Below are positions 24,380-37,135 of a stretch of 64,000 nucleotides of DNA, in pieces (the stretch's first letter is position 1; each line of letters opens with the position of its first letter). Both the position numbers and the translations under genes were made by a program. A model generated the notes under the pieces. That model was not told where the DNA came from and ran no database searches. It saw only the letters and a list, made by a program, of their open reading frames with translations. This stretch comes from Eledone cirrhosa (Eukaryota), in assembly GCA_964016885.1 (NCBI GenBank), contig OZ024741.1, positions 317,130,001-317,194,000 on the forward strand. Reading direction: 5' to 3'.

Positions 24380-25270
24380 TTACATGTTATCATCTAGTAC
24401 AGGTAATTGATGATAACCTCAGTTGAAGTAGATTTTGGAGAAAATCGAGCACCCTGCTAACTGAACCGAGAAGTCTTATATGCAGAATGGAGTAGCAGTA
24501 GGGTGAGGTACATTTGTTAAGACGGCGATAATCCCTGCTGAGTCGCGAAGCACTATTGGGTTTTGGCGCTTCGTGTAGAGGTGAAGACCAGGGACGTTTG
24601 GTCGATGAGCGATGCCCAAAGCTTCCATATTATCAAATTTGACCTTCACAATAGCAAATTTGTCTGGTGGTAGACGACATACACGGTTGTGTACTGGAGA
24701 ACTGATGGTTGGAATGTAGTGCTTTACTCTGTGGTGAGTTGTGGATTGGGAGATGTCATGATAATGAGTTTCATGTAATTCAAAAGGAATTCCGAGAACT
24801 CGTTCTTGGTCTCAGAGACGTTTGATATATGCAAAGTCACACGTGCAGATGTTGCCAGAGAAACAGAGGCATACTTACTGCTATTGACGAGTCGTCTCCT
24901 CATGATTATCGACCAGCAGTGAGTGAGCCCGGAGGAAGTCTGCTCCAATGATAGGCTGATGGGCATCAGCGATGGTGAATGTCCATGTATATTACTGTAA
25001 GCCTATGTGGAGGGAGAGTACGGTGTCTGTAAGCTTTGATTGTAGAATCATTGGTAGCTGCCACTGACTCCCCTCTCTACAACGGAGGTCGTTTGCAGAT
25101 GCCGGGATGACACTGACTTCTACTTCTGTGTGCGATTAAGAATCTGACTAGAGATCTGATCATAGATATACAGGACAGTTGATCATGTTTGCCGACCACC
25201 AGGGTGTTTATTGGTGGTTGGTCCTAGATTTTCTCCTGGAGTCGATGATGAAGAGCTATTGAAGTTACAT
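24380..25270 (-). mobile_element. Ty3/Gypsy pol relic (aspartic protease and RT N-terminus), highly degraded
   Basis: Hand translation across frameshifts gives FLI..EVSVIP, IADAHQPIIGADFLRAHSLLVD, RLPPDKF..FDNMEALGI..PWSSPLH, DYRRLN and LAGCSIFSKI..GYHQLPV. Confidence 0.85.
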
Positions 25271-25599
25271 GGTTACTTGGTAGCTTTTGCTTCAAATTTC
25301 TTGTGAAAGAAACACGTTACGTGACCTCATTGTCTTGTGGTTGACCTCCTGGTGTTGATTCTCCCTCATTACACCCTTTCCGTCTCTTTCTCACATTTTC
25401 ACACTTCGTATCCCTATTTACCCCTCTTCCCTACTTTTCCCCATTTTTAACCTCTCTTTCCCTATTTCTTTAACCTGCTGTCTTCCCTCCTCTTTTCCAT
25501 CCTTCCTTCCCTTGATGTTTTTCCTCCTCTCCTTCCTCTTCTGCCTCTACCAACCCATTCTTTCCCTACTCCACTTCCTACCCTCTTTATCTCTTTCTT

Positions 25600-26878
25600 G
25601 ATTTCACCCACCACTTTACCTACAATTTACTCACTATCATTATTTTAGTCACAATTTTACCCAATATTTTACCTACCACTTTACCCACAATAATTATTCT
25701 ACCTACCATTTTTCACAAAATAATCATTATACCCACTATTTTACCCACAATAATTATTTTACCTACCTCTACCCACAATAATCATTTATCCACCGCTTTA
25801 CCGACATAATTATTTTACCCACCATTTTACCCACAATCTTACCTACCATTTTACCCACAATAATAATTATACCCACCAATTTACCCACAATAATCATTTT
25901 ACCCATAACTTTACACACAATAATCATTTTACCCACCATTTACCCACAATGTTACTTTACCCACCACTTTACCCACAATAATTATTTTACCTACATATTT
26001 ACCTACAATAATCATTTTACCCACCATTTTACCCACAATAATTATTTTACCCACCCTTTACCCACAATAATTATTTTACCTACAACTTTACCCACAATAA
26101 TCATTTTACTCACCACTTTACCTACAATAATCATTTTACCCACCATTTTACCCAAATTAATTCTTTTACCCACCATTACCCACAATAATCCTTTTTTTTA
26201 TTGGGGGGTCCGTTGTTTATTTGGGCGGATCCGTTTTTTCTTTGGGCGGGATCCGTTTTTTATTTGGGGGGATCCGTTTTTTATTCAGGGGTCCGTTTTT
26301 TATTTGAGGGGGAATCCGTTTTTTATTTGGAGAGATCCGTTTTTTATTTGGGGGAATCCGTTTTTTTATTTGGAGGGTCCATTTTTTACCCACCATTTTA
26401 CCCACAATAATCATTTTACCCACCACTTTACCCACAATAATTATTTTACCCACCATTTAACCCACAATAATCATTTTACCCACCATTTAACCCACAATAA
26501 TCATTTACCCATAACTTTACCCACAATAATCATTTTACCCACCACTTTACCCACAATTATCATTTTACCCACATTTTTACCCACAATAATCATTTTACCC
26601 ACCACTTTACCCACAATAATCATTTTACCCACCTTTTTACCCACATCTTTACCCACAATAATTATTTTACCCACCTTTTTACCCACAATAATCATTTTAC
26701 CCCCCATTTTACCCACAATAATCATTTTACCCACGATAATCATTTTACCCACCAATTTACCCACATAATTATTTTACCTACCATTTTACCCACAATTATT
26801 TTACGCATAATAATCATATTACTCACAACTTTACCCACAATAATCATTTTACCCACAACTCTCCCCACAATAATTTTT
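25600..26878. repeat. ~30-bp minisatellite (ttttacccaccattttacccacaataatca) interrupted by a ~20-21-bp minisatellite (ggggatccgtttttatttg, 26195-26385)
   Basis: Tandem units read directly. Confidence 0.92.
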
Positions 26879-26879
26879 A

Positions 26880-27340
26880 TGCGTCCAGCGATTCTTTACT
26901 GAGACATTCTAACCACATGCTCATAATATCGGAGTTATGATCTCTCAATTCGGAGAAGTAGCGACTCTACCAGGAGTGACTCTCTGGTCTCTGAGTTATA
27001 CAATTTATCGAGTAACATTACTCCAAAGAGCCTTCGGAGGAATCCCATTTCTGCCAATTTTATTTGCAATTGTCATTACTCAAGATTCATGATCCTCGGT
27101 AAGAGTTGGCAGGAATACCAGGAAGACAGCGAGTTTGGCTTTTACACTTACCCCCCCCCCCTTTATCTGATTGCTGAATGCTGAGGCTGGCGCATTAATG
27201 CATCAGCTTTTGAAATTCTTGCACTTAATTCAGCCTCCTGCATTCCATCACTCATGAACACGGCTCCAAGATACTTGAACTTCTCTAACTGCTTCAGTAT
27301 AACTCCATTCACATGTATATACATTTGAGGGACTTCTGTC
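26880..27340 (-). mobile_element. RTE LINE fragment, degraded
   Basis: LEKFKYLGAVF..ELSARISKA, then AEMGFLRR and RIERSQLRYY.HV by hand translation. Confidence 0.75.
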
Positions 27341-27519
27341 CACCCGTCCATCAAGCAATGTGTATGTGTGTTTGTGTGAATGTATGTGTGTGTAAAAGGA
27401 AGGAAAGGGATAGACACATATATGTCTCTAACCTAAAAACATGTCTCTAATTTAAGAACGCCGACAAACTCACGCACGCGCACATACTGTCCTATTACCA
27501 CTCAAGAACTTTGTCCCGG

Positions 27520-27948
27520 GGAAACATCCCCTCAATTTTGGAACCGGCTGGGTTGTCCTAAATTGATGGGAAAAGACTTGACGGTCTTACTCTGTGCTCC
27601 TGGTCAAGAGTCAGGTGCCTTACCCGGGACGTCACAGTTAGTGATTCTTTTGCATCTTCCCACATCCTGGATGCAGCGATAAGGGCCAGAGCTACAGCAT
27701 CCGCAGCTGAACGGAACAAAATCCTAATATATCGTGTTCTGTCAGCTAACTACATTATCCAGCCTGTGGCCTTCGAGACGTTTGGGGGAGTCAGGCTACT
27801 GGCAGCGAGATTCTTATCTTCACTGGCTGCTCGCCAAACAAAGGTAACTGGTGATGCTTGTGAGGGCACTTGGTTGTTCCAGCACCTCAGCCTCGCCATC
27901 ACCCCAGGTAACGCTGCGAGCGTGCTGGCCTGCCTCAAAAATTATTAG
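27520..27948 (+). mobile_element. CRE-clade RLE non-LTR 3' fragment
   Basis: EPAGL..DGKRLDGLTL..W..DVTVSD..AERNK..PVAFETFGG..WLFQHLSLAITPGNAASV matches the CRE-type restriction-like endonuclease C-terminus. Confidence 0.82.
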
Positions 27949-28499
27949 AGAGGTTTCCCAGTGCTCCTTGCTATATTGCTATCTTTTCCTCTGGTAGCGT
28001 CTCGTTTGTCCACTCTTTCGCCTGTATATTGTTCTGTGGCCTAAGATGTGTGTATTACCTGTTTATGTATTTTTTCTATGTCTTTTTTTTCCTTTCCTTT
28101 TCCTTTGTATATATTATATTTATTAGTGTTTTCGTTCTGTAACCATTATATTAAATGAGTTTTTAAAAAAAAGTTAATAAACAAATAAAGAGTTAATAAA
28201 TAAATAAAACGTTATACTTGTGTTACCCTCCCATTTCCAATTCACCGAACTCTGTTATCATGATTGTATGTGTGTGTTTATGTAAATGTATATGTGTGAA
28301 TGTATGTGTATTTGTGTGAATTATGTCCGTGAGGGTGTATTTTTATAAGTTTGTGTTTGTGCGATTATAGTTATATACTCATAATAGTTATATACTCATA
28401 CATATAGATGTACGTATGTGCACATTCATACGCGTTAGCGTATAGAAAATCATAATCTCTCTATCTCTCTCATCACACACTCTCTCTTTCTATATATAT

Positions 28500-28715
28500 G
28501 GTAGCTGAAATGGTGGTGGTGGCGACGATATACCGGAAGTGCAACTTTGAAATTATTTATTTTTACGAAATTATTTATGTTTACGAAAGTTAGTACATAA
28601 ATTATGTAATATTCATTTATTATTTATTCAAAGTAATCCTAACTTATTTCACTAACTGGATTAAAAGAAATAAACTGTACGCACTCCCGCAGACCTTCCT
28701 TTATTATAGTTTAGA
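28500..28715 (-). mobile_element. Possible non-autonomous Helitron 5' end
   Basis: The minus strand begins A|TCTAAACTATAATAAAGG, a typical Helitron 5' terminus. No 3' hairpin/CTRR end was found. Confidence 0.3.
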
Positions 28716-29057
28716 TTTGGGTAACATCTCTTCACGACTAGATCACTTTCAGTTCGCTCTGTTACAAGTTTTTACACCTGTTATTTTGAGAAAGTTCTGT
28801 GGACGGCATCATCAAAGTAATAACAAATACCTCTATGCATTTAGCATTGTATTGACCTAAATGTCTAAAGTTGATATTGAATCTTACTGCATTAACAGAA
28901 ACCCTGGGGTCTGGCCAAGCAAGTACAACTGCCACATTGCGAATATACACTTGGTTAGCACTCTGAGACAAGTTTTGCTCGATACGCGTTCAAACCATAT
29001 CTCATTGAAAAAGTAATTGTGAGGAAACGGAATATAGCGAATATTCCCTATAACATC

Positions 29058-29137
<80 letters not shown>

Positions 29138-29141
<4 letters not shown>

Positions 29142-29590
29142 TATTCTATTCTAAGGCGGGTAAAATTCCCGAGATCCATGGACGAGTTCTCTCCAGCGGT
29201 CTCTGTCCCTCATTATCGCTGCCATGTCCTGCGTCTCCAATAGACCAGTGTCTGTTCTTAGGGCATCAACATACGTTAACCTTGGTCTTCCTCTTCTAGT
29301 GTGTCCATGTAGGGGCTCCCAAAGGAGCACTGAGTGCAATGTCAACTCTGGATGTCGGTGAGCATGTCCAGCTAACCTCAGTCTCCTCTGTGTCACTTTT
29401 GAGCTGACTTTTGGGATGCTCCCATACAGCTCTGAGTTTTTCATCCTCAGTGTATACTGATTAATGTTCAGAGCCATCCTCAGCATTCTCGTGTAGCACC
29501 CATCCACCGTCTGAGTGTCCAAGTCTCAGACCCATACAGCAGCACAGACTCCACTACAGCAATGAAGAGGCGGATTTTCAGGTCTCTACG
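29138..29590 (-). mobile_element. RTE-type LINE 3' end with (TAGAA)n tail
   Basis: VESVLLYGSETW..DGCYTRMLR..RRLRLAGH..RRGRPRLTYVD..MRDRDRWR, followed by tagaatagaat in sense. Confidence 0.85.
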
Positions 29591-29642
29591 AAAAGAAATA
29601 TGGAGAGTCGATCTAACAGCACTAGGGTTAGAGCCTCTAATT

Positions 29643-29680
<38 letters not shown>

Positions 29681-29685
<5 letters not shown>

Positions 29686-31328
29686 TAAATTTAGTCCTTC
29701 ATCAGTGATCTTCCAGCCTTCATTAGTATTTCATCGCTTTAAAGACCATATACCTCTGGTTGGTGAGAGCAGTGGCTAAAGAAAGTCGTTGGGACACGTA
29801 AATAGGGGGAACGAGCGAGAAAGTAAACAAACAAAGATAGTAATGCAACGAAAAGTGAGGAAGGAGTCAAGTCCCTGAAATCGATGAACATAACTGCTGT
29901 GAAATCGTAGACGAGAGAGAATAAAGACCATCCGACCTGGTCGATTCGAGTGAGGAAAGAATTTCGCACAGATCAAACGGGAGGAAGTAGGAGAGGGAGT
30001 AGCAGAGAGTGAGTGAGTGAAAGTGTAAGGAAGAGGCTAACAGAGAGAGTGACTGGCAGAGGGGGTAAAAGAAAGTGAGAGATACGGAGAAAAGGGGAAG
30101 CAGTAAGAAAGAAACAGACGGGTCACAGCGGAGGAAAATATATATGAAAAATATGAAAACATGGCGTGCTGCGTGGTTGCAAATGGGTTACATATGAATA
30201 AATTTAGTCCTACATCAGTGATCTTCCAAGGGAAGCATTAAGAAAGAAACAGACGCGTCTGTTTCTTTCTTACAGCTTCCCCTTTCTCCGTATCTCTCAC
30301 TTTCTTTTACCCCATCTGCCAGTCACTCTCTCTGTTAGCCTCTTCCTTACACTTTCACTCACTCACTCTCTGTTACTCCCTCTCCTACTTCCTCCCGTTT
30401 GACCTGTGCGAAATTCTTTCCTCTCTCGCATTTTGACCAGGTCGGATGGTCTTTATTCTCTCTCGTCTACGATTTCACAGAACTTATGTTCATCGATTTC
30501 AGGGACTTGACTCCTTCCTCACTTTTCGTTGCATTACCATCTTTGTTTGTTTACTGTCTCGTTCGTTCCCCCTATTTACGTGTCCCAACGACTTTCTTTA
30601 GCCGTTGCTTGCACCAACCAGAGGTATATGGTCTTTAAAGCGATGAAATACCAATGAAGGCTGGAAGATCACTGATGACGGACTAAATTTATTCATATGT
30701 AACCCAAATGCAACCACGCAGCACGCCATGTTTTCATATATTTATATATTTTCCTCCGCTGTGACCCGTCTGTTTCTTTCTTACTGTTTCCCCTTTTTCC
30801 GTATCTCTCACTTCCTTTTACCCCATTGCCAGTCACTCTCTCTGTTAGCCTCTTCCTTACACTTTCACTCACTCACTCTCTGCTACTCCCTCTCCTACTT
30901 CCTCCCGTTTGACCTGTGCGAAATTCTTTCCTCACTCGAATTTCGACCAGGTCGGATGGTCTTTATTCTCTCTCGTCTACGATTTCACAGAACTTATGTT
31001 CATCGATTTCAGGGACTTCACTCCTTCTTCCTCCCGTTTGACCTGTGCGAAATTCTTTCCTCACTTACATTTCGACCAGGTTGGATGGTCTTTATTATCT
31101 CTCGTCTACGATTTCACAGAACTTATGTTCATCGATTTCAGGGACTTGACTCCTTCCTCACTTTTCGTTGCATTACCATCTTTGTTTGTTTACTGTCTCG
31201 CTCGTTCCCCCTATTTACGTGTCCCAACGACTTTCTTTAGCCGTTGCTTGCACCAACCAGAGGTATATGGTCTTTAAAGCGATTAATAGCAATGAAGGCT
31301 GGAAGATCACTGATGAAGGACTAAATTC

Positions 31329-31332
<4 letters not shown>
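29681..31332. mobile_element. ~510-nt non-coding retrozyme-like element: one inverted copy (29681-30228, -) and a tandem pair (30258-31332, +)
   Basis: Unit period 513 (29681 vs 30194). Fold-back junction centred at ~30255, internal ~129-bp duplication, (TA)n on both sides. Carries a permuted hammerhead. Confidence 0.8.
30623..30683 (+). ncRNA. Candidate non-circularly permuted hammerhead ribozyme (other copies 29696-29755 -, 31262-31321 + with GAAA mutated, 57352-57413 +)
   Basis: GGUA-U-A-UGGUCUU ... GAAA-UACC ... AAGAUCA-CUGAUGA. Stems III and I pair in exact hammerhead register. Stem II is about 1 bp. Confidence 0.6.
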
Positions 31333-31368
<36 letters not shown>

Positions 31369-31413
31369 AGTGAGAGAGACAGACAGAGAGAGAGGGGAGA
31401 GAGAGAGAAATAC

Positions 31414-31597
31414 AATTGTTTCAACTTTTGGCACAAGGCCAGCAATTATCCCAGTGCAATACTGGTACTTTATTTTATCGACTCCGTAAGGATGAAAGGC
31501 AAAGTTAACCTCGGCGGGATTTGAACTCAGATGGCAAGGGCCGTAACTCTATGCGTCAAAGCATGGTGTCCGACCCTCTACCGATACTGCCAATCCA
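31414..31597 (-). mobile_element. tRNA-derived SINE (family 1)
   Basis: Box A-like TGGCAGTATCGG and box B GTTCAAATCC in sense, same body as the other copies. Confidence 0.85.
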
Positions 31598-31669
31598 AGA
31601 AATATAATAAACATATATTTGCTATTTTGGTATTGATTACTCTCTCCGTGTTTATTAATCTAATCTTAC

Positions 31670-31724
<55 letters not shown>

Positions 31725-31754
31725 CAAAGAGTGTATCTTTAGATACCAAGTGGA

Positions 31755-31841
<87 letters not shown>

Positions 31842-32013
31842 CATATATATACATATATACATATATACATATATATATATATACATATATATATGTATAT
31901 ACACACACACACACACACACACACATATTTGTATATATATTTATAGATGTGTGTGTGTGTGTGTGTGTGTGTACATATACATATATATATATATGTATAT
32001 ATGTATATATATG

Positions 32014-32113
<100 letters not shown>

Positions 32114-32359
32114 CAATCTCGTTCCACACGAGACCTGTGTATGTTTTCCACCTATCTTGGCTAACAACCATCTTTTCTTTTAGCTAACATCTCATGCTAT
32201 AATGAGTTTTATTCAGTCAGTAGCTAACAACGCTGCTGTTCTTTCCACTCCTTACCTATTTTCTATACAATTTTCATTTAGTTTCGTTTGCTTTCCTTTC
32301 GTTTCCTTTAGAAAAGTATTATTTTGGAGGGGTTTTTTTTATCGTTATGTAAGACTATA

Positions 32360-33376
32360 TGGTGGTGGTGGTGGTGGTGGTGGTGGTGGTGGTGGTGGTG
32401 GTGGTGGTGGTGGTGGTGGTGGTGGTGGTGGTGGTGGTGGTGGTGGTGGTAGTGGTGGTAGTGGTGGTGGTGGTGGTGGTGGTGGTGGTGGTGGTGGTGG
32501 TGGTGGTAGTGGTGGTGGTAGTGGTGGTGGTGGTGGTGGTGGTGGTGGTGGTAGTGGTGGTGGCGGTGGTGGTGGTGGTGGTAGTGGTGGTGGTGGTAGT
32601 GGTGGTAGTGGTGGTGGTGGTGGTGGTGGTGGTGGTGGTGGTGGTGGTGGTGGTGGTGGTGGTGGTGGTGGTGGTAGTGGTGGTGGTAGTGGTGGTGGTG
32701 GTGGTGGTGGTGGTGGTGGTGGTGGTGGTGGTGGTGGTGGTGGTGGTGGTGGTGGTAGTGGTGGTGGTGGTGGTAGTGGTGGTGGTAGTGGTGGTGGTGG
32801 TGGTGGTGGTGGTGGTGGTGGTGGTGGTGGTGGTGGTGGTGGTGGTGGTGGTGGTGGTGGTAGTGGTGGTAGTGGTGGTGGTGGTGGTGGTGGTGGTGGT
32901 GGTGGTGGTGGTAGTGGTGGTGGTAGTGGTGGTGGTGGTGGTGGTGGTGGTGGTGGTAGTGGTGGTGGTGGTGGTGGTGGTGGTGGTAGTGGTGGTGGTG
33001 GTAGTGGTGGTAGTGGTGGTGGTGGTGGTGGTGGTGGTGGTGGTGGTGGTGGTGGTGGTGGTGGTGGTAGTGGTGGTGGTGGTGGTGGTGGTGGTGGTGG
33101 TGGTGGTGGTGGTGGTGGTGGTGGTGGTGGTAGTGGTGGTGGTGGTAGTGGTGGTAGTGGTGGTGGTGGTGGTGGTGGTGGTGGTGGTGGTGGTGGTGGT
33201 GGTGGTGGTGGTGGTGGTGGTGGTGGTGGTAGTGGTGGTGGTAGTGGTGGTGGTGGTGGTGGTGGTGGTGGTGGTGGTGGTGGTGGTGGTGGTGGTGGTG
33301 GTGGTGGTGGTGGTGGTAGTGGTGGTGGTGGTGGTAGTGGTGGTGGTAGTGGTGGTGGTGGTGGTGGTGGTGGTGG
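32360..33376. repeat. ~1-kb (GGT)n microsatellite with AGT interruptions
   Basis: Read directly. Confidence 0.97.
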
Positions 33377-33635
33377 CGATGTTGGTGGCAATGGTGCTTT
33401 TGTGATTAGTTTCTATTATACATAGAAATATGAATATATTCACATAGGCTCTTTCGTGTCTTTGAAATGAAATGCTTTACTAGCAGCTTACACTGAATAC
33501 TACTTCATTACTAACAGAAATATGTGCTGCAAATATAACGTCTAACTTCTAGCCTTATATATTTAATAAAAGATTCTGTCAGGAGTCTCTTTCCACTTTC
33601 TACCTTTCTGATTGGCTTACTGATTCACATTTAGG

Positions 33636-33636
<1 letters not shown>

Positions 33637-33701
<65 letters not shown>

Positions 33702-34115
33702 CACATACATGCACACACACAGACACACGCACACACAGATATACATACACATAGACACACGCATACATACACACATACACACACATGCATACACTCACGC
33801 ACATATACACACACTCACACACACACACATACATTCACGCATATTCACACACACACACACACATACACACGCACACACGCATACACACACGTACACACAC
33901 GCGCACACAAGGACGTACATACACACAGACACATACATACATATACACAAATGCATACACACACACACTCACACACACACACATACACACACACACATAC
34001 ACACACACACATAGACATACATACACACAGACATATACATAAATACACACGCACATATACACATACACTCACAAACACACAGACAGACACTAACACATAC
34101 ATACAGATACACATA
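33637..34115. repeat. Degenerate (CA)n microsatellite
   Basis: Read directly. Many further (TA)n, (CA)n, (GA)n and (CATA)n tracts occur throughout 18-63 kb. Confidence 0.95.
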
Positions 34116-34119
34116 TAAG

Positions 34120-34225
34120 CAGGGTGTCCCAAATAAGTTATACATACTTCAGCAGCATTCTAATAAATATTGCACCTGTACAGGTAATCAAAGTGTGTAT
34201 ACATATATTTTTGGGGGATTCCTTG
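34120..34225. mobile_element. Degraded Tc1-like MITE
   Basis: Imperfect TIRs cagggtgtcccaaa ... tttgggggattccttg, followed by TA. Confidence 0.4.
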
Positions 34226-34299
34226 TATATATATACATATACACGCACTCACGCACACACGCACACACATATATATGTGTGTATATATATGTGTCTATT

Positions 34300-34332
<33 letters not shown>

Positions 34333-34347
34333 GCATACATACATAAT

Positions 34348-34402
<55 letters not shown>

Positions 34403-34431
34403 AGTGTGTGTGTGGTGCACGCGCGTGTGTG

Positions 34432-34507
<76 letters not shown>

Positions 34508-34843
34508 TAAAGCTGAGTGTCGTGTGTATTATGTATGTATGTATATATATATCCTATACACTTCCCTATAGTTTCTTAGCTTTACTCTCTCCGTCGCTCT
34601 TACCTCTCTCTATACTTGATCATTCCCCCTCTCTATACTTGATCATTCCCCCTCTCTATAATTTAACTGCTTTACTCTCTCTGTCGCTCTTCACTCACTA
34701 ATATTATAAAGCTGAACGTCCCCTCTCTCTCTCCCTATTTCACCCTCTCTATAATTTAACTGCTTTACTCTCTGTCCCTCTTCACTCTCTAAATGACAAC
34801 ACTCTTTAACTTTCCGTATCTCCCTTCAATATATCAATATATA

Positions 34844-35125
34844 CCCAGGTTCTGCTGCACGTCGGGCTGAGGGGGCCAAACTCCTCAAATACCGGTCGCT
34901 CTCCGACAGGTTTGCGGTCGTACCGCTGGTAGTGGAGACTTCTGGAGTGCTCGGCCCCAGGGCTACCTCCTAACTCACCACCATAGGCGCTGAGCTGGCC
35001 TGCCGCTGGTGTGAGCCCCGCAAGTTGGAGTGGCTCTTCCAGCGCGTCTCCCTTGCCGTCCTCCGGGGAAACGCCTTCTCCATTCTGTCCCCCGGGGCTG
35101 TGGGTGGGCCCCATCGCGTACCGTT
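34844..35125 (+). mobile_element. CRE-clade RLE 3' fragment
   Basis: AARRAEGAKLLKY..VPLVVETSGVLGP..WLFQRVSLAVLRGNAFSI. Confidence 0.82.
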
Positions 35126-35463
35126 GTAGTTGTTGTATACAGATATTAACTCATCAATCCCATCATTATTTATATCATATATCAACATAGAGATGAGTGT
35201 CGTATGTATGTTTATTTCAAAAGATAACCTCCTTCAAATTCGGTCAACACACAAGCAGGTAATACATATATCAAAAGGCAACCCTCTTAGAGAGACAGAG
35301 GGTGAAAGAGACAGATTAGGAAATCTACACACACACACATCTAAAGAGAGAGAGAGGTGAGAAGAGAGAGAGAGAGAGACAGGGAAAGAGAAACAGAAAA
35401 TACAGACAAATATAATAATGTATGTATCCCACACACTTCTTCTGTCGTCGTTCGCATAAGTAA

Positions 35464-35579
<116 letters not shown>

Positions 35580-35840
35580 AAAAATACACATGCTTTCACA
35601 CCTGATTTCGCCAGTTGCCAGATAACATCAAAACAAAACAGTCACACGCATGCACATACACACATACACAAACACACATACACCATACACAAACATATCT
35701 ATACTTTATATGTATGTATGTATGCATCTATGTAAGATCATTCCCCCTCACTATAATTTAACTGCTTTACTCTCTCTCTCTCTGTCGCTCTTCACTCTCT
35801 ATATGACAACACTGTTTTAGTTTCTGTACCTCCCTTCAAA

Positions 35841-35896
<56 letters not shown>

Positions 35897-35899
<3 letters not shown>

Positions 35900-36098
35900 A
35901 GTAAGTAAGACTCCGACGGCTGAGCTCAAGCCGTTTCGACGGCTAATTCTGTACAGAAATGAGTACAGAATTAGCCGTCGAAACGGCTTGAGCTCAGCCG
36001 TCGGGGTCTTACTTACTCCTATTACCCACTCTACTACCCTAAGTATTGAGTACTTTGGTGCGTTATGGTCCACCTGGTTCCTTACCACAACTCCTTCG

Positions 36099-36100
<2 letters not shown>
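35897..36100 (+). mobile_element. Fold-back pLTR-end insertion (half-hammerhead family)
   Basis: Palindrome 35897-36022 around stem gacggctaattctgtac..gtacagaattagccgtc, plus the shared tail, in (TA)n. Confidence 0.65.
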
Positions 36101-36189
<89 letters not shown>

Positions 36190-36318
36190 TGAGGAAAACT
36201 ACACACGCACATCTACAGAGAGAGACAGAAAAACAGAGGGAGGGGAAAAGCGAGAGATAGACCGTTAGACAGAGAGAGATACAATTAAAGTGTTAGTTAT
36301 TCAGAGAGATTCAGAGAG

Positions 36319-36379
<61 letters not shown>

Positions 36380-36474
36380 AAGGACAATGTACCACGGGAG
36401 GGTGTGTGGTATCTTTGCAGTGGAGTGGTGGGGGCAGGTATACCTAGCCGGGCGCCAGCCTGACGGGCCAGGTA

Positions 36475-36545
<71 letters not shown>

Positions 36546-36677
36546 AGAGGTTTACATATATATAAACTAGACAGAGCCATATATATATATATATATGTTT
36601 TTGTGTGGTTGATAATGCTGATTGGGCGAAGCAATACTGTATATATTTTATCAAATGATTCTATGGACTTACTTTCT

Positions 36678-36745
<68 letters not shown>

Positions 36746-37135
36746 CATATTATAGCCGCGATTTGCAATTGAGTAAGTATGGGTTGGTAGTGAGTATCAT
36801 TTCTTCAGTAAAGGTTTTAGGTATCGGAGATATGACAGCTAGACGGAAACACAGTTTCAACTATTCCCTATTTACGAAGAAAAAGATTATTTTTATGCGT
36901 TTCAAAATTTATTGTCTCCTCATCTGACGATAACCATTGCTGTATTTCTACTACAGAGGAATCTTTATAGCATTGAAAGTTATGCCAAACAAGTAATAAA
37001 TCATAACTAAAATGGCCAATCTAGTTTACATAGCGTGCATTCATGTGGCAACGTAATTAAATTATATGTATGTGTGTGTGTATGTATGTATATGTTTTGC
37101 GAGGTTTTTTATATGAAATCGTGTGTCGAAACAAA

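Noticed and set aside
28720-29060. Possible host exon in non-repetitive sequence
   Set aside because: No convincing splice-site pair or recognisable peptide.
30399-31277. 79-170 aa ORFs in the ~510-nt element
   Set aside because: They have non-ATG or variable starts, frames differ between copies, and the sequence is low-complexity pyrimidine-rich.
32202-33443. Poly-Gly, poly-Pro, poly-Thr and poly-Val ORFs of 350-400 aa
   Set aside because: They are translations of a (GGT)n microsatellite with no flanking coding signal.
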